Source: Octopus vulgaris (lineage: Eukaryota). Taken from it: 64,000 bases of DNA. The notes beneath the pieces are model-generated. The model was not told the DNA's origin. It saw only the letters and a program-made list of their open reading frames with translations, and ran no database searches. The stretch is from the NCBI GenBank assembly GCA_951406725.2, contig OX597818.1:119040001-119104000 (forward strand), given 5' to 3'. The position numbers and the translations under genes were made by a program. Shown here piece after piece: positions 14,042 to 28,121 of this stretch (the stretch's first letter is position 1; every line of letters begins with the position of its first letter).

Positions 14042-15736
14042 ATGTTTCTAAATATATAAAAAAATATTGTTGGAAGATATTGATCATAGGTCTCCTCTAC
14101 CAGAACTATCCAGGGATTCAACAGTCTCTACTAAGACCACCACCACCAACAACAACAACAACAACACCACCACCTCAACACAACATATGATCAAAAATAT
14201 CTGTAAAATATCTAACTTATTTTTTTATACATAAATTACGTGTGACAAACTCCTCTGATAGTTCCAAAGAACGGACAGACACTGAGACATATCTCTTTGA
14301 CGATACCTTTATTGGTAATACAATTGCTGTCGATTTTGCTAGGGTTTTTTGTTGTTGTTGTTATTGATTTCCTTATTGGTTAAAACAGGCCAACTACAAC
14401 GGAATACGACGACGACCAGAAGCATTTCCGCCTTCTTATCTCGTCTATTACCATACAGTTTTTGCAAGATTACATTATGAAATGTGATATATATATATGT
14501 TTTAAATAACAGCTTGCAACTTGAAGCAGGTTTCGCTCTTATTTTACGATGTGGAGTGATCACTTAGCAACCATGATTTTCTCAGCAATCTTGTTTAAAT
14601 GAATGGGTATGAGATATTTCTAAATAATGCTCATTAAGAAAATCATACCTTTTAATTTTTTTTTTCCTTTTGGTTCTCTTGTCTTGCTATTTTATTTAAA
14701 TTTATTTTTTCCGAAACGAATATTGATATAATAATAATAACGATGTATCAAATATCTTCAAAGAAGGTTTTAATACTTTAATTTGTATTGAGGTGGGAAT
14801 GGCATTCAGCAAAACCGCAACAAGTGGAACAAGAAAGACATGCTCTATATAAAATCAAAGATATCATTCAGTTTTAGTTTTATATCATAGTGTATCACAT
14901 GTTATATAATCAAATGTGTCCTTCCCCTAATTACTTTGGGACATAAAGTGCATTTTGTGCACGATCTGGTGACAGTCTGTAGCATGTTGACACACCATAT
15001 TGAATATCGCCGAATAAAAGAAATGCGTTAGATCTTAAAATATATCAATGAAAAAATATTTTATCTAGAAACAAACGTATTGATTATCTTTGGATTACTA
15101 CGTGAATGTTTCGTTCGATTTTTCATAGAATAAAAGCAAGACTATAAAGTTTGAACTGAAAGGTGTGAATGTATATTGGCTGAGGGAGAAACACAACATG
15201 GGCATCATTTTATTTTCTACTTCAACACATAATAATAATATTTGCTTCCCGCGTAAAATGTCTGTTATGAGTTCGGATAGGTCAATAATATTTCCATAGG
15301 TCACGCTGTATTTTCAGATCAGTGTTCGATATATCGATTTGTGTGTGAAAAGAAAAAAATGTATTATATGTGTTTATTATACGTTTTTGCATGCAACCGA
15401 TATAATTTAATGAGTAGAGCAAGAGGACGATGAAGGGATTTCTCTGTCATCGTCACCTACAATTCGCTTATATTTCGTCACATTCTCGTTATTTGAGGAA
15501 ATATTTATATTTCTTTTACATTCTTATTTTCATTCTTAAATATTTCATTACACCCATTCTGACCCTTCTTTCACGTGTATTTTTATTAATATCATCCTCA
15601 CTCGCCCTCGCTAAATTACTTTCGAAATTCTATTTGACCCCCTCAGTCAACTCTACCACTGTGTGTCGAAATATATGAATGTATACAATCTATAAGCATA
15701 CATACATAAATACACACGCTTACATATATTTATATA

Positions 15737-15796
<60 letters not shown>

Positions 15797-16034
15797 GTGT
15801 TTGCGTGTGTGTCTGTTTTGAGCATAAACAATCTCTTTCTGTTAGAATCAAACTAGCTGCAGCCATGTCAATAGTTCACAATTCTGAATGGTTTAGTTTC
15901 AAACGCTCCGTGTTTTTCTTCTTTACATTTTATATTCTAGAATATCAACAATCGTTCTCTTTATGTGTCTCATTCTCTCTCTAGCTCTCCCTGTTTCACT
16001 CCTTCTCTCTCTTTCTTTCTCTCACTATGTGTAT

Positions 16035-16186
16035 GTCTGTATGTCTGTCTCGGCAAAAGAACCCTACAGAATAAGTACCAGGCTTTGGAAATCAAAAGCA
16101 CTAAGTTTGTGTCATTCCACTGAAAGAAATTTTAGGTGATGCACCAGTATGGCTGCAGTTTAAAGACAACAACAAACAGCAGATAA

Positions 16187-16190
<4 letters not shown>
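16035..16190 (+). mobile_element. SINE family B, divergent 3' fragment
   Basis: cggcaaaaga..agaataagtaccaggct...gcaccagtatggctgcagt. Confidence 0.55.
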
Positions 16191-16220
<30 letters not shown>

Positions 16221-16326
16221 CGGATGCTTTACACCTGGTGGCTTACAGTTAAAGCACAGTCATTTTCAGAGTGATGGTTAGGTATATAGCAAATTCTAAT
16301 ACATTCCATCTTCTGTCTTTCATTTG

Positions 16327-16372
<46 letters not shown>

Positions 16373-17358
16373 TTGCATGGAAGTGTATATATATAAAACA
16401 GCATGTGTTGAACAAAGTGATGGTGAGTTTCCTCCGACTACATCGTAGTCTTGCCTCTTGTATAGATTAACGTTTTTTGTCGGAAAAAATATGATATTGT
16501 GTGAATTACTAAAATATAATTTTTTGTGCCTGTTACAAAAAAAATGTGATATTGTGTCAGGTAATTATAAGCTATATTGTTCGTATTATAAAATGGTGCC
16601 ATGGATTTTAGAAACGAAAATTGAATGAGTGACATAAATAGAAATAGAATTTAATATATCATTTAGAAATCTTATTATCGAGAATTGATAGAGCAAGAAA
16701 ATTTGATTTCTGTCTGATATGAAAAGATGTAGCGTCTTTAAACATATATCCTTGTTTTAGGGCAATGGGAAACTGTGCTTTCTATACAAACGGTTTCCTA
16801 GAAAGAAATCAATCTTCTTTTATAGAGATATATTTAATAACTCTTGTAGAGAATTACTATTTTTAAGAAAGATATTAGGAAGTTTTATTTTAAAGAACAT
16901 CCTTAACATCAATCAAGTTAAAAGTAGCTGATAAACGAAATTTTATTAAATCATTCCACAGAAAATCTTGTAGGAAGAGTTATTGTTGCACAGTTTTTGC
17001 ACTACGCCATTAAATTTTCATTTCTCTATTTATTCGTTTATTTGTACCATCTTCATCATTTTAACACATAAAAAAATGAAGTTTCAAAATGTCATATTTC
17101 AAGTCAGACAATATACAATTAATCTTTAAGGAAAGTACGAAGCCAAGATATTAATAAAAATAATAACAATATTTGGTAAGAAACATTTCTTTTGTAGCAT
17201 ACGTGTTTTATAAGCAATTTATGAATTGAGATCGAGCAAGTTTAATACCCCACATGAACAGCAATATATTCTTTGTATGCTCGCCACTGAATATCAACAC
17301 ATATTAAGACAAGTCATCAACAATATACAAAGGAGAAATATAATATCAGTCTCCAGGA

Positions 17359-17990
17359 TGTAACAGGGTTTTACTGAAGCATACTTATAGCAGAAATAGT
17401 GAAATTAATTTGTAGGAAGTGAGGTTGGCACTGGAAGGGTGCCTCAGAATTCCTTACATAGTCGTGGAAAGGAAAATAGCGGGAACAAGAATCTCCTAAC
17501 AAATAACAATATGTGGGGAAAGCAGCGGAGTCGGTTTAATCACAATTGTGAAGACATTTTTCACAGATTCACCGAAGACTTGGATCGCCTTCAGAATTCC
17601 AGCCACACGGAGCTGGTCAAGTGGCGTCCGTCTCGTTTGGCAGCACGGGCGAAGAGAGAGAATGGCGGTCAAGTCTAGCTGTAGCTGATGACTGCGCTTG
17701 CGCATAGGGGGCTTCCGGAAGGCTCTAATCTCTGCGATGCTTGGATGAAAATCCCTAAATGGCGCCTGGAACCAAGCGCCATTATAAATTAAACAATGAA
17801 TTGTCACAAGATATACAATTCTCCAGCGTCGAAAAGACATCATTGTCCTTAGTACTACTCTCCGTCCTTCAGTGCCAGAACGTTGGTCTTCTGAAATTCT
17901 AACTATCCTGCAGGGGTACGTTTACAAAGAGCCAAAGAAGAACATTAACGACACCCGTCTAGGGGTGCCAACCAAGACACGAGCACTACA
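17359..17990 (-). mobile_element. GC-rich island, possible solo LTR
   Basis: Much higher GC than flanks; TGTAG (17411) or TGTAA (17359) ... CTACA (17990) termini; ATTAAA on minus strand; no TSD found. Confidence 0.3.
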
Positions 17991-18399
17991 TCGTCTTTCA
18001 GGCAAAGAATGTCAAATATGTAACGCAGTCTAAATAACAGCACATAAATTTAGAAATTAAATAAATTAGAACAAAATGTTAACTAGATTTAACATAACCA
18101 ATAAATGATTAAAATTTAAAACATGAAATTTAATAATCTAAAAAATTATTATTGAATAAGAGGTTTAAAATGCATAGAATTAGCAAAAATATATTTTCCA
18201 AAGCGAATAATATTGTTGAGAACTAATCTGTCTCGTTAGAGGAATATTTCAAAGAAAATAGTTTCCAGAAAGTATCATAGCAGCTAATCTAGGATTTACA
18301 GTAGACAATTTCGAAATTGAATTGGTCCAGGCATTGACAATATCCAAAATTCTTTGGCTGTTTCTAATTTCATGAGCGGTATTTTTTAGACAAAGTCTA

Positions 18400-18680
18400 C
18401 ATTGACCTCTATGTCAAAGTCGGCCTCTATGCAATTTGAATTCAGAACGTAATGAGCGTCGAATTGCCGCTAAGCGTTTTGTCCAGCGTGCTAACGATTC
18501 TGCCTAAACAATGACGATAATATTATTTACAGCTATTCTTAAGGCGGTGAGCTGGCGCAATTGTTTGCACACCGCCTTCACGTTCTAGGTTCAAATTCTG
18601 CCGGGGTCGACTTTGCCTTTCATCCCTTCGGCGTCGGTAAACTAAGTACCAGTCAAGTACTGGGGTCGATGTGATCGATT
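18400..18680. mobile_element. Two SINE family C copies back to back (18400-18505 minus; 18541-18680 plus)
   Basis: GGCGGTGAGCTGGC head and GTCGACTTTGCCTTTCATCCCTTCGGCGTCGGTAAACTAAGTACCAG Meta-like domain. Confidence 0.8.
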
Positions 18681-19836
18681 GAAAGAGTGTGGCGCAGCAA
18701 TCTTCGCTATAGACTCTGCCAACCGGCGGATCCATCCCACACGTGACAGCAGCTGTTCAGCATAACCCCACAAGTCAGCCATGATTGGACACTAAACGAG
18801 GGTGTGCAGAATGGTTCCGTCACTCTACGAGCACATCGGACAAGTCCGTCTGACATCACATTATTGCCAGTAGAATTTATCTCGAACTGGTACCGCACTC
18901 CGGTAGCACTGTCAGGTTATGGACATGTGGAAATTATTCATAATAGACACCAACCGTAAAGTTCTCCGAAACAGATTAAACAGTTCGTTCTCGTCGGCGC
19001 CCAGAGTCTCACCGCACTTCCATGCCAGTAATCCTCTATGAATTTCTAACGATGAACGTCCACCGATCCCATTGCCCGACTGGTAGAGGGTTGTGAGCGC
19101 TTGACAACATTCCAGGCGCCAGACGTGGTCTTTTCTTCACCCGGGACTGCAGCTCCGTCAAGGAAACGAGCTGCAGAAAGTGGAGCCTTACAAACGGATC
19201 CTACACACGCTTACAGTCCAGATATCGTTGAAGATGGCATAACGTAAGTGCGTGTCTGCGCATTAGCAGTCGCTGCATACCTAACCAGCCACTCAGTGGA
19301 TGCTGGCAACAGACTGACCGCCTGAACATTGGAACGCGCTCCTTCCACAAGAATTTAAATAAGAGACGCTCCAGCCTGGTCAAGCAATAACCGGGGAAAG
19401 GCACGATGGTCAGGCGATAAATAATAACGGAGGTGATGTAAGCATTCGCACCTCTGCCGACCTTTCAGGGACAGATTACTTTCAGCCCATTTCTGGGTAA
19501 GAGTGGCCACCCTGTTCGCTACCTCGGCGAGTTCTTATCAGTCTGGAGGTCGGGACCAAACCAGACTCCGAGCACTTTAACTGGTCCGTCGGTCTAGCGT
19601 CCGACGACGCCACCCGATGGCAACGCTCTTTCTCTCCTGGAGCCCAGCCACAAACCAACCGATTTCTCGGCGTTGATTTCAGCCCCTGCAACCGAGTCAT
19701 ATTCCTTTAGGAATGTGCTGACCGTCTCCACTTCGGAGGCATCTGACACCGTGACGGTGACATCGTATGCTGATACTACCCTTCCTTGTCCCAGTTCGAG
19801 AGGGATGCCCTTTAGCTGTTCCAACTTCCGCAGTTG
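18681..19836 (-). mobile_element. Decayed Tx1/L1-clade non-LTR retrotransposon, RT C-terminal half
   Basis: Frameshifted peptides VSAY--DVTV...EYDSVAGAEINAEKSVGLWLG (YADD region) and LERLLFKFLWKERVPMFRRSVCCQHPLSGWLGM, typical of Tx1-like ORF2. Confidence 0.82.
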
Positions 19837-19879
19837 CAACAACAACAACAACTACACCACACCCAACAACAACAACAAC

Positions 19880-19923
<44 letters not shown>

Positions 19924-19931
19924 TAATAATA
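19836..19931. repeat. (AAC)n(AAT)n microsatellite
   Basis: Directly visible. Confidence 0.95.
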
Positions 19932-20222
19932 GGCTCTCGTGGTTTCTGATCTTAACTGATTGGAAGTGTTATCATGTATATTGTTTTGTCTTGGTATAAA
20001 AGATGGGCTACGGCAAATATTCTGCTCAATACCACAGATTTGCTTGCCAGTTACTTGACCGTAATTCGTTGAGCATGTCCCTTAGTGGCTGATAATATAT
20101 GTATCTCTGATCGCGAGTAGAATTAGTGGGGGAGTATCATAGCCATGGGTTGAGAGGAATACTTTGGGATTTGAATAATTCACCTCTAAAACAATGGTGT
20201 TTGTTCAACATTCCTAAACAAA
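19932..20222. mobile_element. Interspersed repeat family D abutting (AAT)n
   Basis: 20030-20222 aligns with 42338-42530 (accacagattt...gagcatgtcccttagtggctga...ttcaacat.c.taaacaa). Confidence 0.8.
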
Positions 20223-20922
20223 CATGTTACAAGATTTAATCTGCCAGATATACTAAAAACTCTAAACAAGCAAACTGATATTCCTGATTCAGTGGAACAA
20301 GTCAGAAATTTAAAAATTAAGTTTACTCAATGGGAGTCAATGTGCTTGGTTTTATACTGAAGGAATATATACTGAAGTACTTGTTTGATGACAACGATCC
20401 AACTATCAGCCGACCACTGAAAATTATACAAGATCTTCATGAATTGATCTTGAGTCATTGTCCTTCGCTACAGCATATTACAGTGATCACTTACAAGAAA
20501 TAAAAGAAACATGAAGCTATATATTATATACATATGTATACACATCTATACATCATTATATATGCTTAAATATGTGGAAGTTGCGTATTGTTTAGTACAT
20601 ATATACAAATATCCTGGTATATATTTAGTCAGATAACTTAGTATAATTTTTAACTAAATGAGCTGTCACACACACAACAAAAAAAAAACAGAAAAAAACT
20701 AGAAAGTCCTACTAAACCAGTATAGCTCGCCATTTTCATATTTACTGTCTAACATCTTATATTAGAAATTTATGACATAGCGATATCACTTAGATCCGTA
20801 TTAGCTACAACAGCGTCTCTTGGCCAATAATACCAGAGATGCAATGCAGTAAATGTACATATCTACCTACATGCGAAAAACCATAAATTGAAAGGTGCAG
20901 TTTGCCATGCAAACACACACAG

Positions 20923-20963
<41 letters not shown>

Positions 20964-20970
20964 GAGAGAG

Positions 20971-21011
<41 letters not shown>

Positions 21012-21082
21012 GTTCATGTACATATTCATTTATGTATGCATATATAAATACATTCACAAACACACACATATCTATCTATCTA

Positions 21083-21140
<58 letters not shown>

Positions 21141-23067
21141 CATACACTGAAATTGATAGACACAGAGAAACAGTGAGGAGAAAAGAGAGCGATACAAAGT
21201 GGGAAAGAGAAATATAGAGAGGCACGAATGGAAAAACTGATATCAACTTAGAGAAGGAAACATAAGAAGCAGCAGTGGAAGCCATCAGAAGAAATAAGTA
21301 AATAGAATATAGAACATAGCAATGAAAATAAAACAATCGAAATCAGTTGTATAAAGAATACAGAAAGTTTGAAATATAAAAATGATTCGATAGCAAAAAG
21401 TGTACACGTGGTGGAGAGAAGCAAATAAGAAAAGTAAAGAAGGAAATTGTTTGGACAGAGGGTACAAGAAATATCTACATGCATGTACGCATGCGTATGT
21501 GCATATACATACATAGACATATGTTTAGATGTAAATACATATATATTCGAGCAAATACACACACACACACACACATATATATATGTACACACGGAGGCAG
21601 GGTACGTGAGTGGGTCAGATTAATGGAATGTATGTATTTAAACGGTACGATCCAATTTGTGATAAAATTCTGTAGAAAAATACCAGAAAATATGAAAAAA
21701 AGCTATCAAGTCAAGTTTAACTAGGATTAGCATCATTGCTAAATTAAGTAACAGTTGCCTCTTCGGGTCGAGTTCGCATCAGGAATATTGCAAAGCAAAT
21801 AAAAAAATGGATTATACATTGATTAATAAAAATATGCAAAGTATCATCTGCGAAAGTTAGGTAGAAGAATGCTTAGCCGAAGTATGTCACGGCGTGTCTT
21901 GCAAAGAATCAGGAAGGGAAATAAAGATATGTATTTAAGCCAGAAGAAGAGGTGAAACACTAGACGAGAAAACATATTGATGTCGTTATACAAGGTAAAG
22001 AAGCATTTTTTAGAAAAATATGGATATGTGTCGTATTCGGAATTAATATGTAGCTGACCCTCGGGTATGTGCAAAGAGAGGCAGCTCGTCACGTCATAAG
22101 AGGGAAATGTGTTTTTTGAGTCGCAGAGTTACAGAAAGTCTGCATGTTGTCTAAACTATATAGTTTGATAGATATTTAAGCAACGATTCATATTATAATA
22201 CGAATCTATTCAAGGTATTCAGGGACTTTTCTTTATTAATATGTTTTAATCGATTTTAAATCCACTGGATTTAAAACAGTCCCATTATACAAGTATAATT
22301 GACAGGGAATCATTCTTCGAAGATATGAAGTTTGAACTTAAACATCAGATATTGAACGATAAGTATGAGAATAAAATATTTATCTTGTGTTTCTGATTAA
22401 GTATTTTATTCGTCTCTGTAAATGTATTCTCAAAGTAGCATACAAAATTATATCTAAAGATAAAAGATAATATATCTCAAATAAATCATTCAACTTGATA
22501 GATTAACATTACAGTATACATCAGATTACATCTTATAATATTAGATTATATTTTATTATATTATAAACAAATAACATTGACATCAACCTAATCTTTAAAC
22601 ATGAACATACGATGCATAACTATCGACATATTTAAATCCCGAAACATTATTTGTCCACAGGTCTGATATAGAAAACAAGTGAATGGTCATTTCCTGAAAG
22701 GTCACTTTATAAATAGTAAAACGAGAACCAAGGAGATATCGTAAAATCAATGGAATTACAAGTATAGTTTGGAAATGGTAAATACATATGTTAATCTTAC
22801 TGTTAAAAATCAGCAGCGTTTATGTAAAGGCTAGAGTATACCAAAATATATTTGTTTATTCGCACCTATAATAAATAATGGAACATTACAAAAAATTTCC
22901 ATTTCAAATTATTGCTGCAGATCAAGAGATACAGCTTTCGCTCACCACCTATAGAGTTCATCAGCTAACTTCTTTTCTATTTTATTTCTCCATGACCATT
23001 TGCTAAACTTGTTTAACTACTCTTTTCAGGATCTTCTATTTACAGAGGGGTTTGCCCATAAATTACC

Positions 23068-23478
23068 TATTTCTTTACTACCCACAAGGGGCTAAACACA
23101 GGGAGGACAAACAAGGACAGACAAACGGATTAAGTCGATTATATCGACCCCAGTGCGTAACTGGTACTTATTTAATCGACCCCGAAAGAATGAAAGGCAA
23201 AGTCGACCAGCGGCGGAATTTGAACTCAGAATGTAGCGGCAGACGAAATACTTGTTTCTTTACTAATCACAATGGGCTAAACATAGAGTGGACAAGCAAT
23301 GACAGACAAATGGATTAATTCGATTACATCGACCCAGTGCGTAACTGGTACTTAATTTATCGAATCCGTAAAAATGAAAGGCAAAGTCGACCTCGGCGGA
23401 AGTTGAACTCAGAACGTAGCGGCGGACTTTCGCTAAGCATTTCGCCTGACGTGCTAACGATTCCGCCAGCTCGCCGCC
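23068..23478 (-). mobile_element. SINE family C (Meta-domain, octopus OK-like) tandem dimer with 17-bp TSD
   Basis: TTTGCCCATAAATTACC at 23051-23067 and 23479-23495; a full monomer followed by a headless monomer, each with a GCCTTTCAT...GTCGAT...AAGTACCAG-type domain. Confidence 0.92.
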
Positions 23479-24662
23479 TTTGCCCATAAATTACCGTACT
23501 AATGAAAGATACAGTATCAAAATGTCGGTTTGTCAATTTATATAACCGAACCACTTATAACTTTGACCACTTCAAGTTTTATTGTCATTTTATAGAAGTA
23601 AAATTATTTAATTTTTAAAAAGTTAAAGAATAGAACTTAACTATTAAATACTCTGCAGCTTCGTATGTCTGGTGAACAGATTAAACTGACTGTCTGTAAA
23701 TGGTTTTAAATTCCTATGTCATAATGGTTATAATTAAATACAACTACTCAAAGGAAAATCATTTTTTGTATTTTCTTAATGTGGTGTATTTGTAATTTCT
23801 CAAGGGAGAGCAAAATAAACCGACTTTATGCAAATTATTCGGAATTTACACCAACCGGTTTTTAACAAATTCTAACGAAAACATTGAAAAAGCACTTCAA
23901 ATTATAAAATTCCAGTTCGATACCGAGGATTTCTTGGGGAGATCTCGAGATATATTTATGTAGTTTTGTGACGAAAATAAGAGTAATGCTTTGTTTGTTC
24001 ACAACACGTAATACATAAGTCAAAAACTACAACTTTCTTGAGGCGTACTTAATAATTTTCACATGAGGAGGACATCACAAGCACAGTCAAGCACAGTGTG
24101 GGGTCTTACATAACTGATGTTGATGAAGAAATGGCAATGATAGTGAAATGCAATAATAGTATACCATAGTATAAAAAGTATGTGATAGCAGGATGATTCA
24201 GTGTTCCGGAGCACTGGAGAACAGCCGGTTCGAGATAAACTGTACAGGAACGGAAGCGCTCTACTATTTATTTTCTTTTAAGTCCATCCCCTACTGCCTC
24301 TCAGTTTTTCTTTAGCTTCTTCGAGTAGCAACCCAGCGTTTCAACCAGAGTAGATTAATGAGAATGTCTGTATCAGCAATTCGCTGCTTCCTGTTTCGGA
24401 AACTCAAACGCATTTAGTGTTTCATGATAACCTTTCTCAGAGCGCAAAATAGTCCATTTAAAAGGAAAGAGACAGAAAGAATAATTACTCACAACATTTT
24501 AATCGTTTGTTTTATATATAAAGAACTGATGAATAACAGAAGAAATTTCACAACTGTTTAATATGAAATTAATGGGCAGCGAAACTGAGTAACTTCAGCA
24601 AAGTATTCCATGTGAATATCAGCATGAGTGCTGGTGTCCACGTTCATATATTATATACGCAT

Positions 24663-24956
24663 TCTGTTATTCTTTTATTCCTCTACTTATTTCAGTCACT
24701 TGACTGCAGCCATGTTGGGGAACCGCCTTGAAGATTTTTTGTTTTCTTGTTGAACGAATCCACACTGGTACTAACTTTTTTAAACTGGTGCTTCTTCTAC
24801 ACGTCTTTAAACGGACCGATAGGTTACGAAGTCGTAAACACCCCTAAAGCCGGTTGTTGGGGATTAGCAGTGGTTGGGAAGAAACAAAGACCTAAAGACA
24901 CCCATATATATGTATATATACACTCACACATTCATGCATCATACTCACATTCTTTA

Positions 24957-25001
<45 letters not shown>

Positions 25002-25160
25002 ATATCTGAACGACGGGCTTCTTTCATTTCCGTCTACTAAATCCGCTTACAAGGTTTTGGTCGGACCGAGGTTATAGTAGGAGACACTTTCTACTATAGG
25101 ATTTGCCACACAGTGAGACGGAACTCCGAAATATGTGGTTGCGCAGCAAACTTCCTTCCC
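24663..25160 (-). mobile_element. SINE family B, divergent copy
   Basis: tttcagtcacttgactgcagccatg...cgacgggcttctttc...ggtcggaccgaggttatagtaggagacact. Confidence 0.8.
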
Positions 25161-25194
25161 CACAGCTTTTTCTCAGAGAAACACACACACACAC

Positions 25195-25245
<51 letters not shown>

Positions 25246-25334
25246 CGTACATACATACATACATACATATACATATATATAAATGTACATATATAAATAT
25301 ATATATATATATGTATATATAAATATATATAAAT

Positions 25335-25366
<32 letters not shown>

Positions 25367-25515
25367 CTTTTATATTTTGATAAGCATAACAAATGCGCAA
25401 CCGGTAAAAAGAACTTTCACCTAATTAAATTACTTAAATTACTTCAATTATTTGTCAGCATTTTCTTCATTTCCTTTTTTATATATCACCACTCGTGTTC
25501 GACATCTCCTTTTTT

Positions 25516-25549
<34 letters not shown>

Positions 25550-25553
<4 letters not shown>

Positions 25554-25661
25554 GCAGCTCGCTTAGCCAGCGGGGTGGCGTCATTCGAAGGCTAAACCAA
25601 TGCGAACGCATTGTGACCAGCGATGTGTAGCAACATCTGATGGTCTGGTCGATCACGTGAT

Positions 25662-25668
<7 letters not shown>
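25550..25668 (+). mobile_element. Short (TA)n-embedded element family E with (CACGTGAT)n tail
   Basis: Homologous to the reverse complement of 51231-51360; both are flanked by (TA)n. Confidence 0.85.
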
Positions 25669-25702
<34 letters not shown>

Positions 25703-25726
25703 CATATATACATACATATAGTATAC

Positions 25727-25785
<59 letters not shown>

Positions 25786-26227
25786 TACAATTATGTATAC
25801 GTAATTAAATATATGCATGCGTGTGTGTGTTTTCATATCAACTTCCGCTCTCGCTCTCTATGTCTCACATACACAGATGGAGACGCTGAACAATGTTTTA
25901 ACACAAGTAATTGAGTATGATAATTTAATCTATTAGCTACAGAATGCAATCTGAACTAAGTACTACATCGTGAGATGTTAAATAACATTCAACACACAAA
26001 CCTTCTAAGGAGATACTTCTAAGGAATTATTTCACTGGAATATCTCCCGAGGCGTTTATTACAATTAACTGAACTACTCTCCGTTGTATTAATCTGTCAA
26101 CAATATGAACAAAGTCTCAAAACTAATCAATAATAGGAACCATATTAATAATAGTAATAAAATGAACATCATTTCAATTACCCTCATTGACATCAGCAGC
26201 AGAGGTAGCAGCATTATTGCTCTCAAC

Positions 26228-26246
26228 ATTATCGTCATCATCGTCG

Positions 26247-26279
<33 letters not shown>

Positions 26280-26280
26280 C
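26228..26280. repeat. (ATC)n microsatellite
   Basis: Directly visible; explains the poly-M/poly-I ORFs. Confidence 0.9.
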
Positions 26281-27116
26281 CGCTGTCCTATCTTCGCAAT
26301 CAATAAACAGAGAAGGCAAATACAGTAACAACAACAAAATTGATACACCAATAATAATAAAGCTGAAATTTAAGTATTTCAGTCGTATCTATTTTTACCA
26401 AGATGATCTGGGGCGGACACAATCACATTAAAAGGAAGAAATGTCGCTTCCTGTTATGTTTTACTGAATATTTAGTGGAAATTACGATATTGGAAGTTCG
26501 TAATTTATCGCCATTTATATTTGAATTCAATTAGGAGTAATATACTTTTGACAGATTAAGTTTTTGTTATGGGGAAATGTTATGATTTGTGCTTATAGAA
26601 AGAATTAAAAGATTCAATCTGATTTATTATTACCTTCTACTTTTTCCTGCTTAACATCAATCCACTTTTAGCAGGCCACACCTACAACCAATGTGGTAAC
26701 TTCAATTAACAGACTAGTATTATTTTTTATAAAAGTATATGTAGGTCTCACATACATACCTCTAATCCCCCTATATGTATATGAATATATATTTATATCT
26801 ATATCTATCCAATCTATCAATGTATTTATCTATCTTTCTATCTGTCTCATTATCTACTATGTGTGTGTGTGTGTATGTGTAAGAGTATATATATTATTAT
26901 TTTTATATAATTATATATAGTCATATTAATTATTACCTATTTGGTTCATTACATGCTAGCTACTTGATAAAATCTTATAAAGATTCTATCCTTGATTATT
27001 ATGTGTGTGTGTGTGTTTATGTATATGTATATATATATATATGTATATATTTATATGTATGTATGTATCTATATATATATATAGTTAAGTATTTATGTAT
27101 ACATTGTGTGTGTGTC

Positions 27117-27481
27117 GTAGAGATGCAATTGCCCATTGGTTCAGGCAGTAGACTCGCGGTCGAGGGATTTTGGTTTCGATCTCTAGACCGAGCGTTTGGA
27201 GTGTTTATTGAGCGAAAACACCTGAAGCTCTACGAGGCCCCGGCAGTGGGGTTGTGGCAAAACCTGCTGTACTCTCTCACCACAACATTCTCTCAAACTT
27301 TCATCTTGTTTCTGTTGTACCTGTATTTCAAAGTGTCAGCCTTGTCACACTAAATCTCCCCGAGAACTACGTTAAGGATACACGTGACTGTGGAGTGCTC
27401 TGCCACTTACACGCTAATTTCATGATCACGTTATTCTGTTGATGGGATCAACTGGAACAATTGTCGTCGCAACCGACGGAG
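27117..27481 (+). mobile_element. SINE family A, divergent full-length copy
   Basis: Aligns end to end with 11237-11625. Confidence 0.88.
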
Positions 27482-27621
27482 ACCCACGTCCATATATATG
27501 CCTACACGTATGCATTTCTATGTACGTGTATATAAAGAGAGATATGGAGGATATATATATAATAATATAATACACACATACATACACACACACACGCATA
27601 AAGATATATATATATATATAT

Positions 27622-27685
<64 letters not shown>

Positions 27686-28121
27686 TCACGTCCATTGTCC
27701 GGAAAACTTTCGTCACACATCTGTGACCTCTTCAGCAATACTTTCCGTTGTCGTGTGTGCTCTTCCTCTGCTTATTCCATTTGTTCTTCTATGGGGAGTA
27801 TCATTATATGCGCATGCGTCTGTGTGTGTGTGCCCTTATTCTTCGTTGTACTACGACTCCCTTCCTCTGTCCCGTCCCCGACCACATTGCCACTGCTGCT
27901 GCCCTTGTTCTCGACTTTAAGTATCGTTCTCATAAACGTTGGCGATTTTTTTCCTCTGTCTTCCTTTCTCTGGATCTTTCCTTCTCCTATGTTTCCGACG
28001 AAGAGCTCCGCTCGAAACGTTATACCCTCTTTCTTTCCTTCTTTCCTGAGCGTCCAATAATACTATATTTGTTCTACGTCCTCGCGTTGTTGTGTTTTTT
28101 TTTCTGCTTTCTTGTTTGGAT

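Noticed and set aside
17496-17843. 115-aa non-repetitive ORF
   Set aside because: No recognisable homology or splice context; expected by chance in a GC-rich island.
24060-24280. Stop-free minus-strand frames with a hydrophobic stretch and a GTAAGA donor-like site
   Set aside because: No convincing start or acceptor and no recognisable protein; not supportable without transcript data.
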